A stretch of DNA of 64,000 bases from Blasia pusilla (Eukaryota): NCBI GenBank assembly GCA_050084515.1, contig CM114271.1, forward strand, positions 32,240,001 through 32,304,000, given 5' to 3'. Shown one piece after another: positions 10,616-24,700 of this stretch. The translations under genes and the position numbers were made by a program. Position 1 is the stretch's first letter. The number at the start of each line of letters is the position of its first letter. The notes beneath the pieces were generated by a model. The model ran no database searches. It saw only the letters and a program-made list of their open reading frames with translations, and had not been told where the DNA came from.

Positions 10616-13543
10616 ATGGTAAATGGTAAATAGATCAAGCCCGTGGGACCCAAAGGGTCAAAAGGCTGAAAAACACATTACAAGTCATTCATTGACTGAC
10701 CCTGAAAAAGATCCTTAAGACCTTCTCCTAGCTACAGCCTAGAGCACTTGAGCGATGAATGATGACGTCCCTAATATAACAACCTAAATCATAAGGCACT
10801 AGTTGTAGTAAAGAATAGAAATTCTCCACATCTATTTTATGAGCTAGTCTTATTTCTCCATACCTTGGACATGTAACAAACACATGCTCTTCATCCTCAA
10901 TATTTTCTCCGTCACATAACCTACAAATTCGTTCACTTCTATCAATTTTAAACCATCGTCCTTCCTCAATTCCTAGCCTATGAGACCCAGTTCTATGACG
11001 TGCGATAATATGTCGTAAGAACGTGGAGATCCCCGCAAGTAGGTATCCTTGTTCACAATATACAAGCATAGGATTAACATGAAGTTGATAAAACTCCATT
11101 TTGGTGCCCGTGACCTTTGCTCCAAATGATGTTGAGAGATTGCTTCTGTAGATGCTCACGGAGGGCCATCGGTTTCAAGTCCCAATCGCGTTCTGCCACA
11201 TTCCACTTTGAAGACCAAGTCACCACATCCGCCATCCACCCTATGGAATGTGTGGCTCGCAAAGCTTGATGAGGGAGGCGAGAAACATCAAGAGATCTCA
11301 CCCTTGCGATGTAATGGCGATGGTCAAGTAAAGAGCCAAACTTCTAGAGGAAGAAAAACTGTTTCGCAAGAAGAATAGCATACGGAGTTTGGTTTCTTAC
11401 ACCCAATTCTTCTTGTAGAAAGATCTTTTGCACTCTCTTTCCACGCGCTCCCAACTTTGTCTTCTTACAACTAGGGCCCCAAACTTGGGTCCCATATAAG
11501 ACCACCAAGCAACACTAAGCTCCTAAATAAGAATTTCCTAAGACTCCAAGACACAAGATGAGCTCTTCTACACCGGTTTAAAAATGAATATAGAGCTTTG
11601 TAACGACTTCTACTCTCTTTTGCACGCAAAGTGCCCAACTATAGTCATGAGAGAAATCGATGCATAGATATTTGTAACTCTTCACTTTGTAAAAGAACGA
11701 GAGCCTTTGTAAAAGAACGAGAACCTTTGTAAAAGAACGAGAACTTGGATCTACTACCCACTATAATGACTTTAGACTTCTCCATATTAATCTCCATCTG
11801 ATTCTGGGTACAAAACCTTGCCAAAGTGTCGAGGTGCTTTTGTAAACTAATGCCATCATGTGCTAGTAATATGATATCATCTGCATACAATAGAGCTTTG
11901 ATGACAAAGTCCCCAAGCTTGACCCCTTCACTATCACATTCCTCCAACCACTTTTCGATATCATCTATGAAAACTCCAAAAAGTGTAGGGGACAGAGGGC
12001 AACCTTGAATGCCTCCAATGGTGCTCAAGATCTCTTGATTTTGTGAACCTTTGATCTTGGCCCGAACGGAATGGTATAACGTGGCCACGGCTGCTAGGAG
12101 ATTTTGTGGAACTCCAATGGCTTGCAGCCTTTCCCATAAGAGCTTGCGAGGTACAATATCAAAAGCTTTCTTGAAATCGATGAAGCCGCAAAACAAAGCT
12201 TTTCCATTGCCCTTAGATTTCTCCCATAAAACACGCAAGGCCAAGATATGGTCGATGGTGTTGTATGTTGGACGAAAACCAGCTTGGACCCGTGCTCTCT
12301 TTTGGAAAGACTCGTCCATGTGCTCAACCGACTCCACCAATTTCCCAAACAACTTGGCAAAAATACTACCCACCATGATAGTGCGATAGTTTGTTACCAA
12401 GTCCTTCCTTCCTGATTTGTGAATAGGGACAATCTCCGTAGCGACCAGGTTGAAGGAAAACCATAGATAGCAAAGATCACCCAATAATTTGGTGAGGATC
12501 GGTCCAATACAATCTCCTCCCCACTTGAAAAGTTCAATAGAAAGACCATCCAAATCCTCACATTTACCATTCGCCAATCTTCTTAGGTGAGTCATCACCT
12601 CTCCTCCGGAGAATAAGCCGGGTATTCCTTCACAATGTGGCATAGGCGTAGCATCGGGAAGAAATAGAGCTTTTCGCAAAAGATATCAAAGACTTGGGAT
12701 CAAGAATAGGTTTTGAGACCGTACTACTAACCGTCGCCAAAATGATTTGGGGTCCTCATGCAGCTCCTTGTCAAGGACTCTTGTTTTCGCAAGAAAGCTC
12801 GTTTCTTAGATTTCACCAAGTATTTGTAAAGGCTCGTCATAATAAGCCGACTTGGGATATCCAAAGATTTATCCGCTCGTGCCCTTGCTTGCTTGCATTT
12901 AGAGTCAAACCACCCATTACAAGCAAGGCTCTAGCACTTCTATCCCGGTGGCGCAAAAAAGAACTTAGATGCACTATTTTTGAGCAATTAGTTAGTTGCA
13001 TACTTGCCGTGTTTGGATTAGGGCTCCATACAATGCGAGTCAAGTGTTCTTGTAAATGTAGCATATAAAGATCTTTTTTACAGGATCTAAGCGAAACTTG
13101 GGAGAAGCTAAAATAGATTGACATGTCGAGAGAGGAATTTCCTTTGTGTGAGAGAGTAAACAAGAGAGGTGCATGATCCGATTCAGTGAGGTTCTAGAAT
13201 ATCAAATGTAGAGATAAAAGAGCTATCGTGGTGAGGACAAAAGATAATCGATGGTGCTAAGCGCCAGAGAGGAGAAACACGTATTGGAGTGAGAGTTGGG
13301 AAAATGAGAGGTTCCATTAAGAACTTTCAAATTACAAGTGGCTCCAAAGGTTAAAAATACTCTGTCAAAGGATTTGTAGAAAGATCTGAAGAGATTCTAG
13401 ACCATAAACCATCCTCATATTCTTCGAGAAGAGGAGAAATCAAGGAATCACTGAATTGGGTAAATTGAGCAGTACGTGTGCGAGCATTGAAATCTCCAAC
13501 TAGAAAGACTTCACCTTTGCTTTGATATTTGAGAACATCCCCA
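10616..13543 (-). mobile_element. 5'-truncated RTE-X-like LINE, copy 1
   Basis: Endonuclease remnant GDFNART; RT QAGFR, QGCPLSP, LLYADD; C-terminal CRLC...H...C finger; 3' TTTACCA-type tail. Near-identical to 41690-44641. Confidence 0.92.
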
Positions 13544-14169
13544 CATATCAAACATATGCACTTGTTATAAAAATTATATTGGATGTGACTTAAAGTAGCA
13601 TAAATTAATAAATGTTATAATGTGCATGAGCTATTCATATTCCATATTTAATCCTCAAAAAAATTATAAAAGATTTATATGTACATAAGATGTAAATTTG
13701 TAAGTAAAAGATATTAAGTTTGAATGGATTTTTATATTTCCATAGCTTACTTCCATATCAAAAAGATGTATTTTAGTTTTCGACATATGAAAATAACTTA
13801 CATGAAATCAATGTCTATTTTCTATTACAACTTAATATGTAACATGCATAACAATGATAACTATTCCCTAACAAAATAAATAGTTAATATGCATGGAAAG
13901 AGTAAAGTCATACTATGTGGATTTGGTGAATTTTTTATACCAATTTGAGATCGAAGTTAGCACTTTATATTTTGCTACTAAATTGACATAAAAATTTCAC
14001 TTCTCAACTTTTGTGATGAATGTCTTAATTTTTTCAAGTCATCCAATGTATAATAATTTGGTAGGAAAATATTTTCCAACAAGTGTATATTATGTACTTA
14101 TTTTACTATTGATTTCGTTCCAAATGAGGGAATGAGTTATATCTATCCAACATAATTCTCGAATGTATG

Positions 14170-14734
14170 TTTACTTTCTAGACTGCCTCCAAATCGTTTG
14201 TGTTTGAAGATTGATGCACAAACTATGCTTTTACGGAACATGAAAAGTTCCAAAGGACATGTGAATAACACTCAATTTGATCATTAGTGGATTCACGCAA
14301 CATAATATTGACGATGAAATAAGTACGGGGAAGAACATTGGGGATCGAGTTTTTGTTCTGTGTATCCCATTGATTAGGTCCGATACAGGTTTGCCTTTTG
14401 CTTTACATAGATTTAAGTTTTATTTCGGTCGAACTTTTGCCATGACTCTTAATAAGTCACAAGGTCAAATTTTGCGAAAGGTTGAAATTTTCTTTGCTTG
14501 TATTTTACCATGACAAGTTACATGCAGCATTATCGAAGTAGGACAAAAAAGTTAAATTAATATTATGATTGATAGTGATACACATTTGAACGTAAAAGAT
14601 GATTACATTCAAAATATCATGTATAAAAACATATTTGCATAATTTTTTTAAAAAGTTTTTTAATTTTAAAAACATGTTTATCTATCAGCTCCTTACCATT
14701 GAAATTACCCATGCAATTTACCGATACCAATTAG
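14170..14734 (+). mobile_element. Helitron relic (C-terminus of the PIF1-like helicase and a decayed 3' end)
   Basis: LPPNRLCLKI..MLLRN, IPLIRSDTGLPF, FAMTLNKSQGQ and a ..QNIMYKNIF end resemble the Helitron helicase tail. A degenerate hairpin ending in TTAG lies at about 14708-14734. Confidence 0.75.
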
Positions 14735-15373
14735 TTTTTTAAAATTGATAGGTGTCATTTCCTAAATTTGTTGACATTTTGAAGATGACGCAATTTAGCA
14801 TTTTACTCGAGTAAGCACCACATGAGTCGAACCTCGACACCCCTAATTTTAGGTGCCGTAACGGGAAGTATGGTCGCCGGGAGGGGCATAATTTCAGGTA
14901 CCGTTGGACGGGAATTGCCATCGCCGGGAGGGGCATGAAGGCGCGGCGAAGGGGGATCCCACGACTCGGTTGGACTCTGGCCAGCGCTGCTCCTTGACCC
15001 AGGGATAGGGGAGGGAAGAACGGAACCGAGAGGGAAGGAGAAGCGTAGCTGTTGTTTGCATCTCGAGGCTGGAAGTGGTGCATAAGTCTGGCTCATCGTA
15101 TGAACTCTTCCGTTCTCTTCTTGTTTCAGGTTGATCTGCGTCGTGCTTTCGTCGGCTCCAGTGCGTTATCTTCTAGAGGTCATCATCGAAAGGGTCATGG
15201 ACAGTGAGTGTCTCTAATCGTATCTGAAAGTTGAGTGGTGAACCGCGGATAGACGTGACTACAGTGAGCTCAGCGTGAAGATTTGGCAGGATCGAATCAA
15301 TTCGTGAAGTATCGTGCCTTCGACCGTCATTTTGCTTCTGCTGCCCTACTGAGTGAGGAGCCGTTGGGCTGAT

Positions 15374-15553
15374 GAGAGAGAGAGAGAGAGAGAAAGTCGG
15401 CCTGCAAGATGGAATGTGTGAGAACCGAAAGTTTTTAGGTAGAAGTCGAAGAAGTGGAGGATCTGCAGGGTTTGCTTGTGGTGTGGTTGCGTTGCAGGTT
15501 GGGAAGTGGCTAGTATTAGAAAATGTAAGAAGCGTGGTGGATTAAATATATCC

Positions 15554-15589
<36 letters not shown>
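15374..15589 (+). repeat. Two (GA)n tracts in the SERK 5' region (15374-15393, 15556-15589)
   Basis: Direct reading. GA repeats in plant leaders are typical BPC/GAGA-factor sites, but function here is inferred. Confidence 0.9.
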
Positions 15590-15592
<3 letters not shown>

Positions 15593-15782
15593 ATGATATG
15601 AGGAATCGAGAGGAGGCGCAGGTGCTCCTAACCTGGCGCCACTTGACGAGAAGCTGGAGTAGTAGCAAGGTGCAAGTATTAATAGGATTTGGATTGACGT
15701 ATGGTGAAACGAAGCTGTTTCAGTGCTACACAAGGGCTGGTTGATCTACAGGGCGTGTAGGAATCTCTCAAAAGGCTTAGTC

Positions 15783-18700
15783 ATGCAGCATCCTTGGTTC
15801 TGTGATAGAGTGTGGTCGCTTTTGCTTCTGGTGCTGCTACACGGGCCTGTGTCTATTCGAGCTAATAACGAAGGTGCGCTCTTTTCTAGACTTTCCTCAC
15901 CTTTTCAGCCGTCACTGGCATGCATCTGAGTCCAGCTAGCTTTGAATGTGATGCTTTTTAAGCGGTAGTCGACTGGTTTGCTCATGATCAGTTTCAAGTG
16001 CGCGTACTTCCCTTTCAGCTGATAGTGGGGGTGTATGGGAAGTGCTTTTATTCGTGTCTGCCTACTGCTTCCTAGAGAACTGTCTCTTCAGACGCTGTTT
16101 TTTCCAGGCACTTACGTGTCGACCATGAGTTTCTCATCGGAACCCCTGCTTTTTCAATGCTGAAGCCTGAAGGGTGGAACGCATCCGACAGGTCTTTTCC
16201 TACCAAGCAGGCAACTTGTAATCTTAGCAGCTAATTGGTTACATTCCAGAGCCATTTTTTAAAACTCAAATGCTTTGGGATTCAAAGAGCGGGGTAGAAA
16301 GTGGGAGTTCGAAAATGTCGGTCGAGTTGATGAAACCTTCTATTGTCACTGGATGAGTAGTTACAGCGAGGGTATCATCAATCTTCGTATGATCTGGCTT
16401 TGCAATACGCAAGAGGATCTCGAGTGCGCGTTTGGTTTTAGCGGGCAACTTGCGTTTGCTGGAAAGGTCACCAGTGGAGAGTTTAGGATTGGCAGCTTTC
16501 GACGTAGTGCCGCGGACCAGCCGGGCAGCGTAAGAGTTGTTGGCTGGTCAACAATTCCAAAATGGGATCCGTGAAGGTAACCTGGCCTTGTTCGTACAGG
16601 CCAGCAAATGATGATAACAGTTCTTGGAGCCATCAACGATGGGCTTGCCTCCTCTTGACGTTTCTTCGTTAAAACTATGCCGACGTCAGATAGCCGTCGG
16701 GGATCGAAGTGGGACTGGATGAATACTGATCACGAGTGATCCACATTTAGTGGTGGGTAGTGTACTGACCAGACGGGATTGTTCGAAGTGGGTTTAAATG
16801 GCGCAAGAGGTCTAAGGTCTTTTAGAAATGACGAGGAGGCTTTGTCTCTAAGTAGATGGTATGGTGTTTTGTCGTCCAAGGTATATTGGCGAGCCGGATG
16901 TTCGAAGACCCCTTCGCGATTCCTCTTTTGTTAGGAGACGAGGCGATCATTTGCTTTTCTTTAGTCGCTGAAAGGTACCTCAAGGTTGGTGTCTAGGTCT
17001 TCTGGATCGCTCAAACCTAGTGGCAGGATTGTCCCAGTACGGTTTCTTACCCACGGATCTCTAATCGTTTTCTGGTAGCGTAGGCAACGGTCCAGGCTCA
17101 GTGTGCTTATCGTCATTTTCATTGCTCAAAGCAGGATCGTCACCAATTTTGAAACATGTGTAGGCCGGGAAGATCATACCCACCTCTCGTTCATATTGAA
17201 GTCCTTCACTCGTAAGCCAGGAATTGAAGACCTCATCGTAGAAATTAGAACTCTGCAGGAAGGCTGTTCCCACCATGATAAGTAGCCTAATCACTTTCAT
17301 ATGGATTCACTCACGCGTGTTCTTCAAGGGGGAGCTGATGAGAAAACTATGAAACCTATACCTCAAAATCGGTGGTATATGATGTTCTGAAATACTGTGA
17401 AGAAGGTTGTTAATCTGGTCTAACCTACCGTGAAGCCATTGGCTAGTTTCAATTACCCAGGCCATGATGTTGTCTAAGCTTGTAGTGGGGTTAACGTCTT
17501 GTTTGCCCTTGGTAAGGTGGAGGCCGGGAAGGGGACAATCAGCTCCTCGTCAAAGTGAAGCCTTTTAAAAGCACAGAAACGAGGATTCAAATCCTCAATC
17601 CCTTAAAGATCTTAGAAATCTACAGAAAGTTTGTTCCCAAGACATTAGGAAACCGAGCTATTTTTACATGAATTCATCCAAAGGTGTTCTTAAGGGCGAG
17701 ATTATGTTAGCTTCTGTCATTGGTACATTGTTCAACTCCATACTCTCTCCAGTGAGTGAACTTTAATGATTTATGATCTGCAGCAAGTTCACCAGACTAT
17801 CACGTTAGTACCTGCTAACGTATCTATTTTGAATGTATTCAGGCGATGCCCTTCATGCTCTAAGACAAGCTTTAGAGGATCCCAGTCAGGTCCTGCAAAG
17901 TTGGGATCCGTCTCTTGTCAATCCATGCACATGGTTTCATGTCACATGCAACGGAGAGAATTTGGTTGTCCGGGTGTAAGTATTTCCAGAACACTTCAGG
18001 TTGATATAATTAACAGTTCACTTGATCCCCTATTTGGGTTAATCCTAGAGCTTCATCAGCAACTCTTGTGCGTTTTCGTTAGTTTTGTGTCCTTTCTTTT
18101 CATGAACATGTCCATATAAAGTGGCCAGGCCAAACTAATTGGAATGGGAATTTTTTTTCCATGCCTTGCAGGGATTTAGGAAATGCTTTGCTTTCAGGAC
18201 AATTAGTCCCTCAGCTCGGCCAACTTAGGGAACTCCAGTATCTGTAAGTGTAATCCACTTAACTTTTGCAATGGTGTCATAACTTTGACAGAGAAAGGTT
18301 TTCTGTATCTTCGTTTTTTAATCTTCACACAGTATGAAAGCTGTTTTTGTAGTCAGCCATGTAACTTTGACAAATTGATGCTCAGACTTGATAGGTACAT
18401 AGCCTATGGAGAAGAGACAACGTCTTCCTTTAATGATATCTCAGACACGTGTAATTGCAGGGAACTCTACAGCAATAATATATCTGGTAACATTCCCAAG
18501 GAGCTGGGTAATTTAACCAACCTTGTCAGTCTAGATCTGTATCAAAACAAGTTCACGGGTCCGATTCCAGAGGAGCTTGGCAAGCTGCAGATGCTGAGAT
18601 TTCTGTAAGAACACCGGTCCTTGTCTTACATCACCATTGTTATTTTCACTTGAGCTTGGAACTAGTACATCTTAGTTTGGGAGAAGTGGTATGGATTGGC

Positions 18701-21700
18701 TTGACATAACTTACTTTCTCCAGCATAAGTTTTAGAATATTCATGAGGAATCAGACTATGGCATTATGTAGGGCACAACTTAGGACAGTCATTGATTTAT
18801 CCACTGCAAGGCCTGCCCTCATCTTTGGGATTCTTGGCTTATTGGGTGTCTCTTGGTTTCTTCGCGTCTCTGTGCAAGGCGGCTGAACAACAACTCTTTG
18901 GAAAGTGTAATTCCTATGTCACTTACACAAATAAGTGGTCTACAGGTTCTGTAAGTCAGTTCACTCTCGCCACACACTGTTTTAGCTGTTCTAATTGTGG
19001 CTCACAAGGTGGCAATGGGCAGATTCATCATGGCCATGTATGTTTAACTAGATGATGAAGTACTGTGTGGTTCAGGCATGGGTCAGATGTTACAATTCTT
19101 GCAGCAGTTTTGAATTATACTCGTTTTTCACACGTCCATTTTCTTAGTTCCTCCTTGGGTTTATTTTGGTACAGCGATCTTTCTAACAATAACCTGACTG
19201 GTGAAGTTCCAACAAATGGTTCCTTCTCTCTGTTCACTCCTATCAGGTATTGTTGTGCTAAAGTTCTTTTCCTTAATTAGTCCACTGATTGTGTCCCTTC
19301 GGCTGTGAAACAAATGTTAGTTGAAGTCTGATGCTGAAATAGAAATAGAATTGGGAAGACAGCCATACATGAATGCAAGCCTGGTTCTCACAGGCTGAGA
19401 TGTGAATGGAATGCAGAGGAGGCTTTGTCTTGCTTTGGACCAGTGTCAAATCCAGAAATCAAGTTTTTTCTCTTGCTAGTCTGAGCACTAAACAGTTTTT
19501 AGTCAACCAAAGTATATATGGAATGCCATGTGTCACAAATAAACATGTCAGCTAGGATTGAAGTCAATACCAAATTAACTGGGGTAGACTAGAAGTTTGG
19601 TAGATTCGGAGATTGTCAGGAAAGTAATCTATATCTTTCGGCCTTGTGACTATTTACTGAAGGATGGTCAATTTCTCTGTGTACAGTTTCAATGGAAATC
19701 CTGATCTCTGTGGACCAGCTGTTGGAAAGGCATGTGTTGGTGGACCTCCTTTAACTCCGCCTCCTCCTGTTCAGCCACCTCCTACACAACCCAGTCCTAG
19801 TAAGTCACAATAAGGTTCTTTTGATTGACTTCACTAGCCCAAGAATATCGTTATTTTACTTGACTGTGATGAATTATGTCCTAAACATCTCTATTTAGTA
19901 TCAAACTCGTAAAAGTCTTGCTCTGAGAATTTTTGGTGTTACCTCTCTACTCGCAGATCCAACCCCTTCATCACAAACTGGTGCCATCGCTGGTGGGGTT
20001 GCAGCTGGTGCTGCTCTTCTGTTTGCTGCTCCAGCCATTGGCTTTGCATGGTGGAGGCGCCGCAGGCCTCAGGAAGCCTTTTTTGATGTCCCAGGTAAGG
20101 AAAATGGAGTTCGCTCTAAATGGTTGAGCCTCTTTGATACTTTGTGGTGCAGGATTTGAGTTTGTCTAACATCTGTAATAACCCTCATGTTTAAATATTG
20201 ACCAACAGCTGAAGAAGATCCAGAAGTGCATTTGGGACAGCTCAAGAGATTCTCATTAAGGGAATTGCAAGTGGCCACTGATAACTTCAACAACAAGAAT
20301 ATCCTTGGGAGGGGTGGGTTTGGTAAGGTGTACAAGGGCCGGCTGGCAGATGGGTCCTTGGTAGCTGTGAAGCGCCTCAAGGAGGAGCGCAGTCCAGGTG
20401 GTGAACTTCAGTTTCAGACAGAGGTGGAGATGATCAGTATGGCTGTGCATCGGAATCTGCTTCGCTTGCGCGGCTTCTGTATGACTCCAACAGAACGCTT
20501 GCTTGTATATCCGTATATGCCAAATGGCAGCGTTGCCTCCCGCCTGAGAGGTGTGCTCCATAGTTCATTTTTTTGTGTTATATTTTATTGCAAATTATAG
20601 CCATCTATGAAATTTTATTGTAAATTCCTTTGGTTTAACCTTCTTCATCAGATGATGTTTTGAACCCAATGCTGGTGAGCTTTGTATTTATAAATAAATG
20701 GATAACTGCTCTCCTTGTGTTGATGTGATACTGATTCATCACATGGTGTTTAGATGGTCGAGAATTATATTGTTTTATTGCTTACAATTTGGTTAAGTGT
20801 GGACTCAGTACTGTTGTTCTATGTTGTACAGAGAGGAGGGATGAAGATGCACCACTGGACTGGCCAACTCGAAAGCGAATTTCGTTAGGATCAGCTCGGG
20901 GTTTGTCTTATCTACATGATCATTGTGATCCAAAAATTATTCATCGTGATGTGAAGGCTGCCAATATTTTACTGGATGAGGAATTTGAAGCAGTAGTTGG
21001 TGACTTTGGCCTGGCGAAGCTCATGGACTACAAGGACACTCATGTGACAACTGCAGTCCGTGGGACAATTGGTCATATTGCTCCCGAGTACTTGTCCACT
21101 GGCAAGTCTTCAGAGAAGACTGATGTTTTTGGTTTTGGAATCATGCTTTTGGAGTTGATTACAGGGCAGCGTGCATTTGACTTGGCTCGGCTTGCCAACG
21201 ATGATGATGTGATGCTTCTTGACTGGGTGAGGCCCCACTCCGGGAATCTTAAGATTATTGACCATTCTGCAGTATGTAGGATGTTGTCCTGATTTTTTTC
21301 CCTAGTTACTTCTAATCTGGTTTGTTTTTAGCTAGTTTTGGTTCACTGGTTTTGGGCGAAGCAAAGAACTGTTAGGAGTAGAGGATTTACTGATGTTTTC
21401 CATATGTTTTGGCTCTCAGGTAAAAGGTTTGCTCCGGGAAAGGAAAGTAGAATTTTTGGTTGATCCCGATTTGCAAAAGTACGACGCCATAGAAGTGGAG
21501 CAGCTTATTCAAGTAGCTTTGTTATGTACTCAAAGCTCACCAATGGACCGACCAAAGATGGCAGAAGTGGTGCGCATGCTCTCAGGTGATGGCCTGGCAG
21601 AACGCTGGGAAGAATGGCAGAAGGTGGAGGTGGTGCGGAGTCAAGAAGTTGAACTTGTGCCTCATAGAACATCAGAATGGATTGTGGACTCTACAGACAA

Positions 21701-21734
21701 CCTTCATGCAGTTGAGCTGTCAGGCCCTAGATAG
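15783..21734 (+). CDS. SERK: SERK/BAK1-family LRR receptor-like kinase (LRR-II), 628 aa. Exons 15783-15873, 17843-17975, 18172-18243, 18461-18604, 18879-18950, 19175-19246, 19687-19799, 19957-20094, 20209-20550, 20832-21226, 21420-21734
   Basis: All introns are GT-AG and the exons join in frame (1887 nt) with SERK-typical sizes 133/72/144/72/72/342/395. Contains a signal peptide, [17 protein letters not shown], LRRs, a Pro-rich exon, [21 protein letters not shown], kinase [14 protein letters not shown], and C-terminal ELSGPR. Confidence 0.97.
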
Positions 21735-23094
21735 TATTGGTACACTCTTTTGCATTTCTTTGGAATTTATAACCTTATAAATTTTACCTGTAACTTCGAA
21801 CTGCAGCTTGTTAAACGTACTTTGCTCCTATTGCCCTTCTTGCTTTTAGTATCTCACTAATGCAACAAAAGGTTGCCTTATACCAGTAATATTATTTGGC
21901 AAATTTTGAAGAGACACAAAACCGCCACTTACTGGTAGGTTGATGTATCCTACTTGTAGTTACCTCACTGTTTCCACTCAGGAGCATCCTAGTCTACCAT
22001 GGTTGGAGGGAAAGAGCAAGATGGAGGCAGGAGAAAGGACAGATCCCTAACACAGGAGGACTCAGGGATTGGCAAATTGTTTTTGCCTGCTTCGGAGTAC
22101 GTGATTTATTTTCCTTTCAAAACAAGTTTTAGTACACTGTGGGAGAGCCACCAATTGAAAGATGAGGTCGGCTGCTCTGTGAATAGGATTTGCCCCCTAT
22201 ACAGTGCTTTTTAGCAAGGCTCCAAACTCAGTTTGCGCTGAATGCAAAAAGGGCCATTGTATGACTAACCAAATTACATTAGACATGGGTGTGGGCCCTG
22301 ATTACCACCTGATCCTCCAGTCTCATTGGCACAGGGAGAAGGGGCAGGCAAAGCCCTTCTATTGAATGAAATGTTCTGTCGGTATGGTATCATTCCTTTC
22401 ACTTCGAGTGTTTGTTGATAATTCTTCACTTCGAGTGTGTGTTGATGATTGTAGTTTGTCCCAACACATGACCTCAAGTTCTGGTGGGAGGTTTTGACAT
22501 GCCAATGGCAGACACTCAAATGTTAATCAGGTGTGTCCATTGTTTGATAATCTTCCCTGGACATGTCTCCGCGCATGGTTCCACTAGCGGATGCGTACTG
22601 GGGTGCATCTGCCCCCTGTTTGAGCCATCGATCTTGTCCTGATATGGGTACCGACTGGTGGGCTCTTCGTACAATTTGGTACATGGTATGGGGCAAAGAT
22701 GGCTTCAAGTCAGGACTTCCTGCGCATGTCATGCTACTTGCCCTTTTAGACAAAAAGCGCTTTATTAATTCAATTTAAGGAGGTTAGCTATTTCCGCGTT
22801 TGGTTTATGAAGCAAGGAACTGAAGGAAATGTGATACCCGCATGGGATGGTGCGAAAGAGGGAAATGGTATGATGCATGTGGTGTGTAATACAATTCCTG
22901 GCAGTCTGATTGTATGAACGCTTTATATAGAATCCTGGGGTAACCAATCCTGGTGAGTGGTTAAGTTTAGAATATGCCAGAACTTGTTTGTGCTAACTTT
23001 GATTGCAGTCGCATGTTGTATGTCATGTGAATCACTTTTATCCTCGGGTTGAAGTAGGTGGGAATGTTATTCGCATTGATGGAGTGTAAGATCT

Positions 23095-23245
23095 CTGGAT
23101 GCCACAATGTGCGAGCGTGGAAAGGTGATTGCCTTTCGTTTAGAGGTAGTTGAGGAGGTGGTGGGCTTGCCCTTGGAGTAGGTGTTCGAGGTGGCCCCAT
23201 TGAGTCACGGCCTGTCGCGGCGACGAAGTTGGTAGATATGTCATG
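23095..23245 (+). mobile_element. Short relic of the MTase-gypsy family (gag-protease linker region)
   Basis: Antisense ORF text RASPPPPQLPLNERQS matches RASPPPPQLPLNKKRS from copy A at about 3040-3190. Confidence 0.65.
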
Positions 23246-23599
23246 TCACCTAGACACTCTAGAAACTTGCATAAGGCGACTGGGTCGTACATATCAGGTG
23301 AGTCAACATCTAAGTATCCAAGACCATTTTACTCCTAAACTCTTTGGTGAGACGCGGTAACGGTGGAAAACACATTATTAACTATCAGGACAATTGTAGA
23401 ATTTCTTAACCCATGGAAGTTAATTGTGGACCTTCGGAGGATAGTGAGTTACTTTTATGTAGCGGATGAGATTAAATCCTAGTTGCCCATTTTGGGAGAG
23501 ATAATGAATGACCGGGACAAAGGCTCTCTATTGGTGCACAAACTCCATTGATTATCTAATTCCATTAATGACTAAATCTCCAAGTAACTCTTGAGCGAC

Positions 23600-24700
23600 A
23601 TGAGACGTATATGCAGGGGCAATTTTCTTTGATGTTGCATCGCGGGTAATTATGTCCCTTGGATACATCGTCACTATAATTTAATAGGAAAGCATTTTCA
23701 CCCTATCATGTAGAAACTTCTTCAACTAGTATCTATATGTTAGAAGAATGCTTCTTGTATAACCATATTTCCTCTTAATGAGACGTCTCTTTTGAGGCGA
23801 TTGCATGGTGTAGGGAGATATTTCCCAAAAAAGATTTCTTATTGCTCTAGTTACTAAAACATTTTCTTGCTAGCCAATTGCAAAAAGTCAATCAAAAAGT
23901 TGTTTGTAAATCACATATGGTTTAGGGAGTACACCAAGTTAATGGTGGGATGATATGATGTTAACGACCCGTGTGTAGCATGATCTTGTGGCGACTTACT
24001 AGTCTATTATTACGGGATGATGACAGTCGAACTTGTGACACAAGTTAAACTCAAAGCTTTGCTATTTTGATATGCGTCTTATATTTGTTACTTCCCAAGT
24101 AATTTTTTCTTGTGTTGTGGAGATAACACCTCTACATGCCGATGAGGATACATAGTGTTGCTCCACTATTTACCCAAATCCTCCCATTGGATTACAAATG
24201 GACCCTCGAGTTCAATTTTGGCACCAAAACTTGAAGTAAATTTCAACCCAAAGCATGGAAGGTGAGCCATAAGTTTCCTTTTGGATTGTGCAAACCGTAT
24301 GAATATTATCCTACTACTACACTCATAAGTGATGCATAATTCCAAAGGGAGTGCAAATGCAAGTTAATCACTAGGTTGTCCAAAAAACATAAACGACTCT
24401 TGAATGATATAAATAAACCCATTGGAATGTAAGCTAAGGTTACGAGGGTTCTTGAGAAGCATCCATAAATTGTGCTTCTCCGAGTGTGATCAAGATCGAG
24501 ACTTGGAAGCCTATGGTAGGACTCAAGTTAATAAGAGGAGAGAGATGTTACATATTTTAGGATTGCTCCATGAGTATTCGTAGGGCGCCTTCAAGAAGAT
24601 TAGATGACAATCTCACGAGATCGAAGATAACCTATTGGGTCCTCTCGAACGTGAGAGAACGACTTTTCGCCTTGTTTGAGCTTATTTGAAACTATGTAAA
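23600..24700 (-). mobile_element. Possible very decayed gypsy pol remnant
   Basis: Only faint motif echoes on the minus strand (SWSNP, SYHR, PFG). No ORF. Confidence 0.3.

Noticed and set aside
16266-17300. Short ORFs inside SERK intron 1
   Set aside because: They have no recognisable motifs and their lengths fit chance.
21999-22947. Short ORFs and a 27-bp tandem duplication (about 22398-22452) downstream of SERK
   Set aside because: No recognisable domain or exon structure; this is probably 3' UTR or intergenic sequence.
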